From contig OX337242.1 of assembly GCA_946965045.2 (NCBI GenBank), positions 124,001 to 188,000 on the forward strand: a DNA stretch of 64,000 nucleotides, written 5' to 3'. The position numbers and the translations under genes are program-made. This document shows, piece by piece, positions 22,576 to 32,400 of the stretch. The stretch comes from Epithemia pelagica (lineage: Eukaryota; Protista; Bacillariophyta). How positions within the stretch are numbered: the stretch's first letter is position 1; each line of letters opens with the position of its first letter. Below the pieces are notes generated by a model that was not told the DNA's origin, made no database searches, and saw only the letters and a list, made by a program, of their open reading frames with translations.

Positions 22576-23847
22576 ATGGCGGAACCGACAAAGACAACTC
22601 CCCCAACACAACCTCACCATCACGAAAGGACAATGCCATTGAGTAGTCGTCTTGCTGGTGCTGCAGCTGCAGAGGCTGTCTCGGAGGCACCAGGTGCAGC
22701 CGCACCAGTCGCAACAGCAGTAAACAGAGTGCATAAGTTTCTTTCCGACAAGGATCTGGCCACTGTGAACCAAAACAGGGTTACAGACATTCTTCGTGGT
22801 CAACGGGAGCATGGCTACAAATATTCTGCACCAAAGTCAGCTACAAGGCAGCGTCTCACCGACACTCGCAAGCAGGACTACCAGGCGGCCATGATTGCAG
22901 TGACAAACCTGAAGAATCCTGGGCGGAATCCATGGGACAATTTCACCCATGAACTCAAGTATCTGGCCCATTCGATTGATAAGAGTGCTGTACTCATCAA
23001 TGCATATGGAGAATACGTTTCAAAAAAGATACGTGCGTCTTTTTCAGTGACAGATGCACCCATTCGAAAGCCTGGTACAGGGATGAAGAAGAAGAATGAC
23101 TATGACCTGGAAGTCGGAGAGGTGGGGCCAAAGTCAGCTGGAATTGGGCTTCCGACAAACAAGGGGGATCCCGGAAAAAGCCTCAAGCCTTGCTCGATGC
23201 TCCGCTTCTCACTTGACAATGAACCCAAGTTCAAGATCTGGCTTGGAAAGACAATGCTTTTGTTTGTGGTGCAAAAGTCAGGGCTCAAAGACAGTGGTTT
23301 TGGCGTGTTTGCAGCACGGCACTACAACAAAGGTGACGTGATTGGTGTTTATGCTGGATTAGACATCACCTCGCGGCGTGTCAAACGAAATGAGTATGCA
23401 CGTCAGTTTGGAGTGGGCGATGAAGAAGACGAACGCACTGTTCAACCTGACAATGATGAATTTTTCTTCATGGGGATGCACATGATCAATGATCCCCAGC
23501 AGAACAAACAGTACAACGTTTGGGTCGACAGAAATCTCCTTGTTGTTGCAATCGAGGAGATCAATGAGGGCGAAGAGTTGTTTTTGAAGGGCACTTCCAG
23601 CAACAAGGAGCCGGTCATCCAAGCTGAGACCAAAGATGGTGATGATGAACCTGAAGACAGTGCAGAGAAGAAGCATGGTCGGCCCAGTGAGGAAGATTCA
23701 CCATGCAGTGAGGAAGATTCACCAAGAAAACTGCTACTTCCCCTCCTGATGCCACTGAAGCTGCCCCTGTTGATGATGGTTCTCCTCCTCCTGCATATGA
23801 ACATCCACCTTGTCACAGCAGTCCTGGACATCCAAACATATGGATAG
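22576..23847 (+). CDS. SET-domain protein, probably Crypton cargo; tail possibly frameshifted
   Basis: KSGLKDSGFGVFAARHYNKGDVIGVY...GMHMINDP...NV...VVAIEEINEGEELFL is a minimal SET fold. The last ~40 aa read as a Leu-rich off-frame tail after an 18-bp repeat (SEEDSP x2). Confidence 0.8.
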   Translation: MAEPTKTTPPTQPHHHERTMPLSSRLAGAAAAEAVSEAPGAAAPVATAVNRVHKFLSDKDLATVNQNRVTDILRGQREHGYKYSAPKSATRQRLTDTRKQDYQAAMIAVTNLKNPGRNPWDNFTHELKYLAHSIDKSAVLINAYGEYVSKKIRASFSVTDAPIRKPGTGMKKKNDYDLEVGEVGPKSAGIGLPTNKGDPGKSLKPCSMLRFSLDNEPKFKIWLGKTMLLFVVQKSGLKDSGFGVFAARHYNKGDVIGVYAGLDITSRRVKRNEYARQFGVGDEEDERTVQPDNDEFFFMGMHMINDPQQNKQYNVWVDRNLLVVAIEEINEGEELFLKGTSSNKEPVIQAETKDGDDEPEDSAEKKHGRPSEEDSPCSEEDSPRKLLLPLLMPLKLPLLMMVLLLLHMNIHLVTAVLDIQTYG

Positions 23848-24359
23848 TCTAGGAGTAGTTTAGATTGTCCACGCATTCCAACTTGTTCTGACTTCCAGCA
23901 GCCAGACAATAACTGTAAAGTGCAGTAGTAGAAATTGGACTGCCTATGCGGTAAAAAACGACGACTGAGTTCAGTAATGGGTAGACATAGTTGGGATGCC
24001 TTCTTTCGCTATATTCGAACAAACAATGCTCCAAACTATTGAATTTTTTCGTTCTACCAGTAGTTTGCTAAAGACCATTGCACATGTTGTTGACAAAAAG
24101 GGAAAAGAAGGATTACATTACATTCAATGACTCGGGCATCCGTTTAGAACTTGAGAATGACATGAAAGGGCCGACTTTTTCTTCTTGCACAATCGTCATG
24201 CCATCCATCACCTCTAACAAAGCACAGAGAATGTGTATACCAACAACAATCAAAACTGCTGTAGCATACCAGTAAAGATGGTGGGTTGAAGAAAGTATCC
24301 CTTGCTTCCATGACAATGGTAAAAAAGTCCTCTCCAAGGCCGAGATGCTTACGTATTAT

Positions 24360-24485
24360 TGTAAGGACCCTTACAAAAATGTGTAAGGGTCCTTACAAAA
24401 ATGTATAAGGGCCCTTACAAAAATGTGTAAGGGCCCTTACAAAAATGTGTAAGGGCCCTTACAAAAATGTGTAAGGGCCCTTACA
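24360..24485. repeat. Tandem array of a 22-bp unit (16-bp palindrome TGTAAGGGCCCTTACA + AAAATG), 5 full copies plus a final palindrome
   Basis: Read directly; copies 1-3 each carry one substitution. Confidence 0.97.
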
Positions 24486-24897
24486 TCAATAGTAGTGTTC
24501 AAATGCAACCATGGTGGTATATTCCCTTGGGCCTTGTACCAGGGTCCCTTGATTTTCACGGGGTCGATACCCCTCCTGAAAGGTATGCACCCCGCCCTGT
24601 CCCAGGGAATTCCAAAGGTATGGAACGCAACCTAAAGTTGCTACAGACAGTTGCGAAGGAGGGATAGAAAATGCAACTTCTGAATTCTTGTGCAGTGTAC
24701 CGGTTAATGTACTTCATGTCTGGAAATGCAACCAGACCAACCTGTTCTCTCAAATCGACTACATGACAATACTCTCTGAGCTATGAGCACTGAGAGAGCT
24801 AGGAGGGATCACGCATATGATCAACACTGTGGACTGAAAAAGAAGGTGATGACACCCAACAATAAAATAGGAACTGCAGCGTCAATGAACCTTTACC

Positions 24898-26985
24898 ATG
24901 ACAAACAAAGACTACAAACCAACCATTACTAGCATGTTGTCCTATCTGGACAATGTGCAGTATCCTTCTGACTTCGAGCCTCCACGGGCTCGACTCTTGG
25001 AGTTGAAGCCCAAGGACATAGTAAAATGGATGAAAATGAAAGCATATGGTACAGACACCCCGCCTCCTGAAGCAAATCCAACACTTTGCCGGTGCAATTC
25101 TCTTAAATTCTGGAAGAAAGCAATATCCTTTTTCATGCCTAATAAGATGATGAAATGGGATGAAGTGACTGAACGTGGCAATCCAACAAAGTCACATGAA
25201 GTAAATTCTTTTATTGCCCTTGTCACCAAGAAAGAAACCCGTCGTCAGGGTGCTCCCTCAAAAGCTCGTCGTCCACTCACAGAAGGTGAAATGCGGCAGA
25301 CTTTGCGGCTTTTCCGAGAATCCCCGGAAAGTGGAAACATTAGTCGATATGGCTTACCAGCTTTCATTACTTTCCAATCCAGTCTAATCAGCAGAATTGA
25401 TTGTGCATGCTATTGGCAGAAAGCTGTATTTGAGGCCCATGATCTCTTCCCGGAGTTTGCCGCAAAATGCCGATTGACATGGTCAAAGAATGTGTATGTA
25501 GAAGCGGACGCTCCATGGCAAATTATAATTGGTCCACTGGATCCAGCATTTTGTGTTCTTATTGGCCTTGCAGTGTGGTTGGAGTTCTATTTAAGTGATC
25601 AACAACCAGGTACCGAAGAACTCACTCCGTACATTTTCACATTTTCGAATGACTTCAGTGTACCAAAGGGTGGAAAGAAAAGCAAGAAAGTTATACAGCG
25701 GAAGCTACGAGCATTATACAACGGAGATGAATTTGTCAAGGAAAAGGATGGCCTTGTTGGAAGTCATAGTGTCCGTAAGTTTGCGTTCACACGAGCTCGC
25801 CGGTCTGGTGCCCACAAAGATGATGCTGACTACAGAGCTCGATGGAAACAAGACCGCAGAACTTCAGATGCTTATCAAGACCCTGAGCTACCGTACATAG
25901 ACGCAATGGTGGCAGGTCTTTTAAGTGTTGGAGGACCATGCAGTTACAGAATAAGGACAAACAGCCCTGTGACTGATGACTGGATCCTGGAAAATGTGGT
26001 CCCATGCATTTCAAGTTCATCGTATGGTCGATCACTGGGGAAAATTCTCGGACGTGCACTAACTTGGTTGATTTTTTCTGAGAAACGGCATTGGGCAACT
26101 CCTGCCCTTGTCGATCGTGTTAACAGAGAGTACCAAGTGTTGGTTGGTGCTAACGAAGAAATGGTTGCAACAAACCCCATTGAAAAAAGGCTTCTGGTGA
26201 TCACGGGGCAGGAAGCAGTGCTCGTGATAACAGAGGTTACAGGTGCAAACACAAACAGCAACAATCAACAGCAGAGCCAGGGCCATCAAGACGACAATGT
26301 GGATGCACCAATGCATCAATGGGACGATGGTGAGGAACTGGACCATTCAGTTCATGATGAAATGGTTGTTGAGGGTGGCCAACATCCCATGGTAGGACAA
26401 TTCAGTTACCAACAGAACCGTCAATTGCTTCTTTCTTTGGTGACTCAGGTGAACAATCTCAGAGCTGATTATGCTCATGCTGCCGAAGAAAGGGAAGCTG
26501 AACGACTTGCCATTATGGCTCAATTCAGAATTGTCAACAGCAACTTGCGCCAAATTGCCAACCAACCACTCCATTTGCTCAACCGTGCAGCAGCAGGCCA
26601 GGATGGAGCAGGTGTCCAGGCAGCCAATAATAATATGGGTGGAAATGCAGGCATCAGAGTGGCGGCACCATTGCGGCGTGCTGAATTGAGCCCAACCCCA
26701 CGCACACTGTATGATCTTTGGGAGGAGTGGACAGATAGCATAGGTGGCCGAAAACCTGCTTCTCAATTCAGCAGAGAAGACAGAGGAAGATGTAAGTATA
26801 AGTTTTGCCGTCTCAAAATTGCTTGGGATCGTATAAGACTTCTAGTCAATGCGGGATACACGGCCCAAGTTGCTTGCGACCGAATCTATCAAGTTTATGG
26901 AAGGTCGCTTTCAGTTACAAAAATCATCCAAAAACTTGGCACGGACACAAGGAACAACACTCTACATCAAGATCTAGTTGTCTAG
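24898..26985 (+). CDS. Crypton tyrosine recombinase with C-terminal GCR1_C-like domain (695 aa)
   Basis: Catalytic set R (ISRID), K (WSKNV), HxxR (SHSVRK), W (RARWK), Y (DAYQD); C-terminal LSPTPRTLYDLWEEW...RKPASQF...KIAWDRI...DRIYQVYG is GCR1_C/Hot1-like. Confidence 0.9.
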   Translation: MTNKDYKPTITSMLSYLDNVQYPSDFEPPRARLLELKPKDIVKWMKMKAYGTDTPPPEANPTLCRCNSLKFWKKAISFFMPNKMMKWDEVTERGNPTKSHEVNSFIALVTKKETRRQGAPSKARRPLTEGEMRQTLRLFRESPESGNISRYGLPAFITFQSSLISRIDCACYWQKAVFEAHDLFPEFAAKCRLTWSKNVYVEADAPWQIIIGPLDPAFCVLIGLAVWLEFYLSDQQPGTEELTPYIFTFSNDFSVPKGGKKSKKVIQRKLRALYNGDEFVKEKDGLVGSHSVRKFAFTRARRSGAHKDDADYRARWKQDRRTSDAYQDPELPYIDAMVAGLLSVGGPCSYRIRTNSPVTDDWILENVVPCISSSSYGRSLGKILGRALTWLIFSEKRHWATPALVDRVNREYQVLVGANEEMVATNPIEKRLLVITGQEAVLVITEVTGANTNSNNQQQSQGHQDDNVDAPMHQWDDGEELDHSVHDEMVVEGGQHPMVGQFSYQQNRQLLLSLVTQVNNLRADYAHAAEEREAERLAIMAQFRIVNSNLRQIANQPLHLLNRAAAGQDGAGVQAANNNMGGNAGIRVAAPLRRAELSPTPRTLYDLWEEWTDSIGGRKPASQFSREDRGRCKYKFCRLKIAWDRIRLLVNAGYTAQVACDRIYQVYGRSLSVTKIIQKLGTDTRNNTLHQDLVV

Positions 26986-27266
26986 TTAAAGAATTAACAG
27001 AAGTGACACGTATGCCTAGACTCATTCTCATGGAAACTTGAAATGTTGATCTGATGCAAAGGTCATGAGGCTGAACTATTGGATGCGAGTACTTCTGTTT
27101 GATTGTTAAGGTGGAACAGATTCGTGTGTGTCTGTTGTGTGGGTTCTTTGAGTGTGTGTGAGTGGGTGTTGTGTGAGTGTGAGCGAACGGTGGGCGGTAT
27201 ATCGTTTGTCAGAAGAAAAGCTAGGTCGCGAAAGGGTCATATAGCTAGTTGCATTTGGGAGAGATA

Positions 27267-27837
27267 CTCCCTCCTGAAAGAAAATACTGCACGTTTTTTT
27301 TTTGGTTATTTTAGTCGCATAAAAAGATTACGTAGGATCTGGTACAACTCTACAGGAGGACGGCCGGCTCATTCGGAGTATAAAAATTTTAGAATAATAT
27401 GGGGGAACATATTGGTTGACATGCGCGAGTCTACACTATTATAGGAAAAGTACAACTTTTTTGTGCGACGAGTGAGCAGAACCATGGCCAAAGGTGCCGT
27501 CGTTGACCATGGAATTCAGCATGGAAATGGCACGAATCTTGTCAGTTGCACGCATATTCCTACTCTTTGATGCCTCGAGGGGCCGCCCTGAAGAGGACGT
27601 GTTTGGAGCCGCCATAGAAGTGTCAACCGGTGGGCTTTGAAGACCGATGCTCAAAATCACGCCTTTTGAACAATCGTATCTCGTTCCAAAGCAAGAATCG
27701 AACATATAAATAATACACCAATATAGAGCTAATAAGTAGGGCTTTCTAACAAAAAAAATTTTATGGAAAAAGGACGTTCGCTCGTGAAAATATCGCTTTT
27801 TTGGTAAAATCGTGCAGTATTTTCTTTCAGGAGGGAG
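27267..27837. mobile_element. Stowaway-like Tc1/mariner MITE, 571 bp
   Basis: 27-bp perfect TIR CTCCCTCCTGAAAGAAAATACTGCACG; TA TSD (27265-27266, 27838-27839); internal minus-strand ORF remnant (TDKIRAISMLNSMVNDGTFGHG) is weakly like the N-terminus of a plant-type mariner transposase. Confidence 0.92.
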
Positions 27838-27977
27838 TACCTAAATAATCCGTGCATGCGTGGCCGGCGCTTCGATTTCTATCGATCTAAGGCAGGCTGA
27901 CGTATGACACGGCCGGCGCTATGGAAAAAACCACGTTTCCTTTCGGGTGACGGACGGACAAAGATACCCACCCGGTA

Positions 27978-28408
27978 CAGGGTGGCCGTTTAGATGGTCC
28001 AAGGGATTTTGCTTAGAAGTATAGGTATAATTATACTCTAATTATCCGTTTTAGAGTATAATTATACCTCTTAGCGAGTCTAAAACCATGGTGTCTCATT
28101 TTTTGTTCATGTAAGTGAAATGCTGCCATGACAGTCGGAAAATGCATCCTTTATCTCTTCTTATTGTTGTTGTCTTGGTGTCAGAGCCTCATTGAATGAG
28201 ACCTTGCATTTTACCGTCATTCTTGTCATTGATGTTGTTTGATATCCTCTAGGGTTAAGGTTTTCACCTTATTGGGCTCCATTAGGGTTACGGGATAGCA
28301 CTCTAAAAAAGTTTTAAAGTTTTAGAGTTTGAAATCAAAGGTATAATATAATTAGATACTTTTAGAATGGCTCTAAAATGTCAAGTATAATTAGAGGCGG
28401 CCACCCTG
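27978..28408. mobile_element. 431-bp non-autonomous TIR element with a 7-bp TSD
   Basis: 11-bp TIR CAGGGTGGCCG; flanking direct repeat CCCGGTA (27971-27977, 28409-28415); AT-rich interior with repeated GTATAATTA motifs at both ends. Confidence 0.85.
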
Positions 28409-28813
28409 CCCGGTAGCCCTAGCCTTCGAGGATATGTCCCTTCTTCTTCTTGTCTGTCTACCTAGTAATCCTACTTCTAGTAGGAGTACTCGAACAATTA
28501 GAGAGCGATGGACGGATCACCTGTTTAGAATGATGTGGTTTGGATGTTATCTCCCCCCAAAACGAGGACGACACCAAAGGACACACTTTGGTCCTGTAAG
28601 TGGTTGTGGTGGAGGTAACAACAAGCGAGAAATAAAACGAAACCAAAAGAACCATGAATACTACGAGGTAGAAGGGAAGCTGTCCCAGTTGGGGTCGCGG
28701 GAACCGAAAAGAATGGTTTCTCGTGACAACCAGAGAAGTGGTGGTCGTTCCCTAGACGACTACAGCAGCTATCAAAGAAGATCGAATTCTGTTATTCGTA
28801 CTCCTGGAGTATA

Positions 28814-31012
28814 TTAAATGTAGCCCAGTTTGTGCCGTCGGGTCCTCCATTTCGTTGTTGTCCCTCCTTCTCCTCGACCTGCTGCTGGCTGGGTGGAGGA
28901 GGATGTTTCTTGTTCTCGTGGGGAAGCATGCTCTTGTGGTTCGTGTTCTGTTGGAGAGGATTTCTCTTCCGTTGGTGTTTGGGTCGATTCTTGGATGGAA
29001 GACTCTTCGGACAAAATGGCATCAATCCCTTGGGCGTCTTCCAGTTCGGTTGGTGTTGCTTTTGCTGCTGCTTCTTGTTGGTGTCCTGGTTCCGGTCCGG
29101 GAATCGCAGGAGGAATCGACGACAACGAGGATGGCGACGATACTACGACATTTGGGTCTATGTTCGGCATGTCGAGAGTCCGAGAGGTTTCCTCCGTCTC
29201 ACCTGGACAAGTGTTCTTCTTCTTCTTTGTCTTGTTGCTACCCCACACAGTCCTCGTGGTTGTTCTTGTTGTTGTTGCTGTAGACGGAGTCGTGAACGCA
29301 TGGGGATTGGAGGATGGAGAACTTTGTGGACTACTACACGGCAATAACAAGAGAGGACTGTCCATGACAGTGTCTTCTTCAACTGTCGTCGTATCATCAT
29401 CCTGGTCGGATCGCAAGTCGTGACACAACAGGAGGGTGGTCGTCGTCGTGGTCGTGGCGGTGGTGCTTTCGTCGTTGGGTGGCGACGAGAGTAGTGGGTG
29501 ACAGCAATATGAATGTGGATGATGATGATGGGGAAAGGAAATGGGATCCTCCCACAAGGTTCCAAAGAAACGACCGAGTTGATGCGAGGGGTCCAATTGG
29601 TGAAACGAATCGTCGGTAAACGTTGTATCGTCCAAGGAGGACCATCGCGAGTTGTACTCGTCGTACGAGAAATAGTCTGGACAGGAATCGTCTTCGTCGT
29701 CGTCATCGTCGTCGTCGTCTTCGTGATCGGTCAAGCTGGCCGTGGCGTCGGTTTCAAATTCTCGAATCAAGGGAGCCTGCAAAAATGTCACTCGACGCTG
29801 TTTGGGTGATACGGGTCTAGTAAAAGAAGAAGCCCCTCGGAAGGATTCCTGTTTCATCTTTGAATCTTGCTTGTCGTGCGGCGCCCGGTATTCGGACACT
29901 TTTTGGTGATTCTTGTGGCTGTGAAACGACGAGACCTGGTGGTTGTGGTTGTGATGGTAATGATTCTTGGTTCTTGCAGGAGGAACGTGGCGGCTCTGAT
30001 TGGATTGGACAATGGTACTTTGCGATGCCAAACTCCCGTCACTGGTGATGGTGGTGGATGCGGAGCCTCGTGCCGCCGCGTTTCGTTTCGGATGTTGCTG
30101 TAGTACAAGACTGGATCGTCCGGATGGTCGATGTTGTTGTTGTTGTCGTCGTTGGAGGGGACGGACAAAAGGCTCCACGACAATAATACCGGCCATATCA
30201 TCATCACCCTTTTTGGTTGAATCGGAGGACCAGGACGAGGATGTGCTGCGAGAAATGCGCTGGATTCGCAACTGTCGTTGTGGTTTGACGATACTGTTGC
30301 TAGTCGTCGATGAAACAAGAGTGTCGCTCTTTCTCCACGAAAGGACAAGGTTTCGTTGCTTCTTGCTGCTCTTTTCTTGTCGTAGTAGTACGGTTGCTCG
30401 AGTGTCGTCCCGTTGTCTCTGTGCTTCGTTGTCTGTGGACGCATCATTGCTGGAGCTGCTGGTACTGGAAGCAGACGAAGTAGAAGAGTCGTGGCTTGGT
30501 TCCTTGGTATTCAGGGTACGGTCCTTCTCCTCCTCATTGTGTTGTTCCCTCGCTTGTTCCGTTTTCGGAGTTCCACCCTTTGTTCTCCATGCCAGGACCA
30601 TGGTTCCTTGCTTCTTGCTGGTTGCTTTCTCTGGCTCTGGTGGTGCCGTGTTATTTGTAGTGTCTCGGCCCTTTGTGTTGTTCTCGGTCGACACCACGTC
30701 CTTGGAACTGACAGACAAATCATGGCCTTGTGGACCCTCCTGGTCCTTAATGGGTGGTTCCGTCGTAGTATGTTTCGCGTTCTCGCGTGTCTTAGTTGTT
30801 TTGTTCTTGTTGTGTTTCTTCTTGTTGTGTTTCTTGTGTTTGGAGTCGGACTTGTACAACAAGTGTTGCACATCGTGTCGCGTGGCATTGGGAATGAGTT
30901 CAAAGGCTTGTCCGCCCCGTTTGCTCAAAATGGCCACAATCGGGTCTTGTGGTGGTTGTGGTTGTGGCGCTCCATCCTGGGAGATTTCAGATTTTGGCTT
31001 GGTGTGGCCCAT
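28814..31012 (-). CDS. Low-complexity hypothetical protein (732 aa)
   Basis: Long ATG-started ORF with S/T/Q/D-rich tracts typical of diatom disordered proteins; no recognisable domain. Confidence 0.65.
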   Translation of the reverse strand: MGHTKPKSEISQDGAPQPQPPQDPIVAILSKRGGQAFELIPNATRHDVQHLLYKSDSKHKKHNKKKHNKNKTTKTRENAKHTTTEPPIKDQEGPQGHDLSVSSKDVVSTENNTKGRDTTNNTAPPEPEKATSKKQGTMVLAWRTKGGTPKTEQAREQHNEEEKDRTLNTKEPSHDSSTSSASSTSSSSNDASTDNEAQRQRDDTRATVLLRQEKSSKKQRNLVLSWRKSDTLVSSTTSNSIVKPQRQLRIQRISRSTSSSWSSDSTKKGDDDMAGIIVVEPFVRPLQRRQQQQHRPSGRSSLVLQQHPKRNAAARGSASTTITSDGSLASQSTIVQSNQSRHVPPARTKNHYHHNHNHQVSSFHSHKNHQKVSEYRAPHDKQDSKMKQESFRGASSFTRPVSPKQRRVTFLQAPLIREFETDATASLTDHEDDDDDDDDEDDSCPDYFSYDEYNSRWSSLDDTTFTDDSFHQLDPSHQLGRFFGTLWEDPISFPHHHHPHSYCCHPLLSSPPNDESTTATTTTTTTLLLCHDLRSDQDDDTTTVEEDTVMDSPLLLLPCSSPQSSPSSNPHAFTTPSTATTTRTTTRTVWGSNKTKKKKNTCPGETEETSRTLDMPNIDPNVVVSSPSSLSSIPPAIPGPEPGHQQEAAAKATPTELEDAQGIDAILSEESSIQESTQTPTEEKSSPTEHEPQEHASPREQETSSSTQPAAGRGEGGTTTKWRTRRHKLGYI

Positions 31013-31343
31013 TTCGTTGTTATTGTTTGGTTGGTTTCGTATTTGTTTGGAATTGAATCAATGATTGGACATGGCGAAGGGCTCTTTGTGCGTTTTGGAA
31101 GGACAAGAACAAGACTGTCTGCAAAGATTCGAGACAGGAAACCAAGTGTTTTGGTTTCGTTTCGTTCCTTCTCTCTTTCTCGCGTTGCTGCTTTTTTAGC
31201 TTTGGATCCAACTACAGCCGAGCGATCGATCGTGGAACGCACAACCGCAAGGTGGTCCAGTCCAAGCAACGGTTCAAATTTTGGTGTTTGACACCAACAA
31301 GACCATGTCGTTGGCGAAGGAACCGTGCCACAAACTTTGGCCG

Positions 31344-31937
31344 TCACGAGCCGTTCACGACACGAAGGACATGGACACACACACATTCACCTTGTGTGTC
31401 GTTGTGCGTCGTCGAGCAAACGACGGGACGTTGCGGTTGCCGTAACAAACAAACAGTGGTGCAACAAGTTTTTTGAAAAAATGGGGACATTGCACGCCAA
31501 TTTTGGGCACGCCGAACGAATCTGCGACTGCTTCCGCTTCCGAATGAGAGGTCTACATGGGCATATATAATATAGGGGCCGCTCGCCAGGCGCTCACATA
31601 ATTCCGTCCAGATGATGCTCCAGGCGATGGCGCACCTCCTTGTTCGATTCGCTTCGATTCGATCCGTTGTTGGTATCTCATTCGGGGGACCTTGATTACA
31701 CGTGCATTCTGACATTTGGTCCGGTAGTGTCTCTATAAATCTCAAAAATCGGATGGAGCACACATACACACACTTTCTCCAAGAATCGCAATGTACACAA
31801 AGCACAACATCGCAATCCTCGTCGGGAGCGCCACAGAATTGAATGGTGGTAGGATCAAGAATCTCTTGGAATGGAACAGAGCGCACCTTGTGAAAGCCGT
31901 GTCTGAAGAATGGGCCATCTTCTATGTACAGGAACAT
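31344..31937 (-). CDS. Cys-rich hypothetical ORF or exon
   Basis: 197-codon ORF with a Cys cluster (CGAPDEDCDVVLCVHCDSWRKC) and a plausible splice acceptor just upstream; no clear family. Confidence 0.25.
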   Translation of the reverse strand: MFLYIEDGPFFRHGFHKVRSVPFQEILDPTTIQFCGAPDEDCDVVLCVHCDSWRKCVYVCSIRFLRFIETLPDQMSECTCNQGPPNEIPTTDRIEANRTRRCAIAWSIIWTELCERLASGPYIIYAHVDLSFGSGSSRRFVRRAQNWRAMSPFFQKTCCTTVCLLRQPQRPVVCSTTHNDTQGECVCVHVLRVVNGS

Positions 31938-32400
31938 GCCCCTCCACTATCAAACACAAAAGAGCAATAACTAGCATACTACTAGCAAGCTCTCTCTTGC
32001 CTATTCATTCCATCTCATGAATTGGTGGTGGTAGGACCACACAGATTCTGGTCCTGGCAGCGCACCTCCTGGGCGAGACACACATCCCCACTCACGAACG
32101 CAGCTCGATAGATCTGGTACTCCTAGGAACTGGCAGATAGCTCGTTCTCTAGTTCAAAGGGAAAGGAGGATTGGCTAGAGCCAGGTACGGTTACGTAGAA
32201 AGACCTTCTATTACCCAGATTGTCTCGCTCCACAGCATGGAATGGATCTAGAGAAGGAACGTGATTGCGACTCCCAACAATCTATTGTGGTACCCCTACA
32301 ACGAATGTGATTTAAAGTTCTAGGTAGGTGTTATTGTCAAGAGAAAGAGAGAGAGGGAAAAATAGTCTGGTGTATGGAACCCCCGAGTGCCGTCGTCGTA

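Larger units (their letters stand above)
22400..27260 (+). mobile_element. Crypton (CryptonS-like) tyrosine-recombinase transposon; boundaries approximate
   Basis: YR + GCR1_C-like ORF, a neighbouring SET ORF and an internal tandem array lying between host genes. Termini could not be fixed. Confidence 0.6.

Noticed and set aside
24360-24485. CRISPR-like array
   Set aside because: Spacers are identical 6-mers, there are no cas genes and the context is eukaryotic.
23839-27924. TATGG pentamers (23839, ~24620, 27920) as CryptonS termini
   Set aside because: The pentamer is too frequent to fix boundaries from a single copy.
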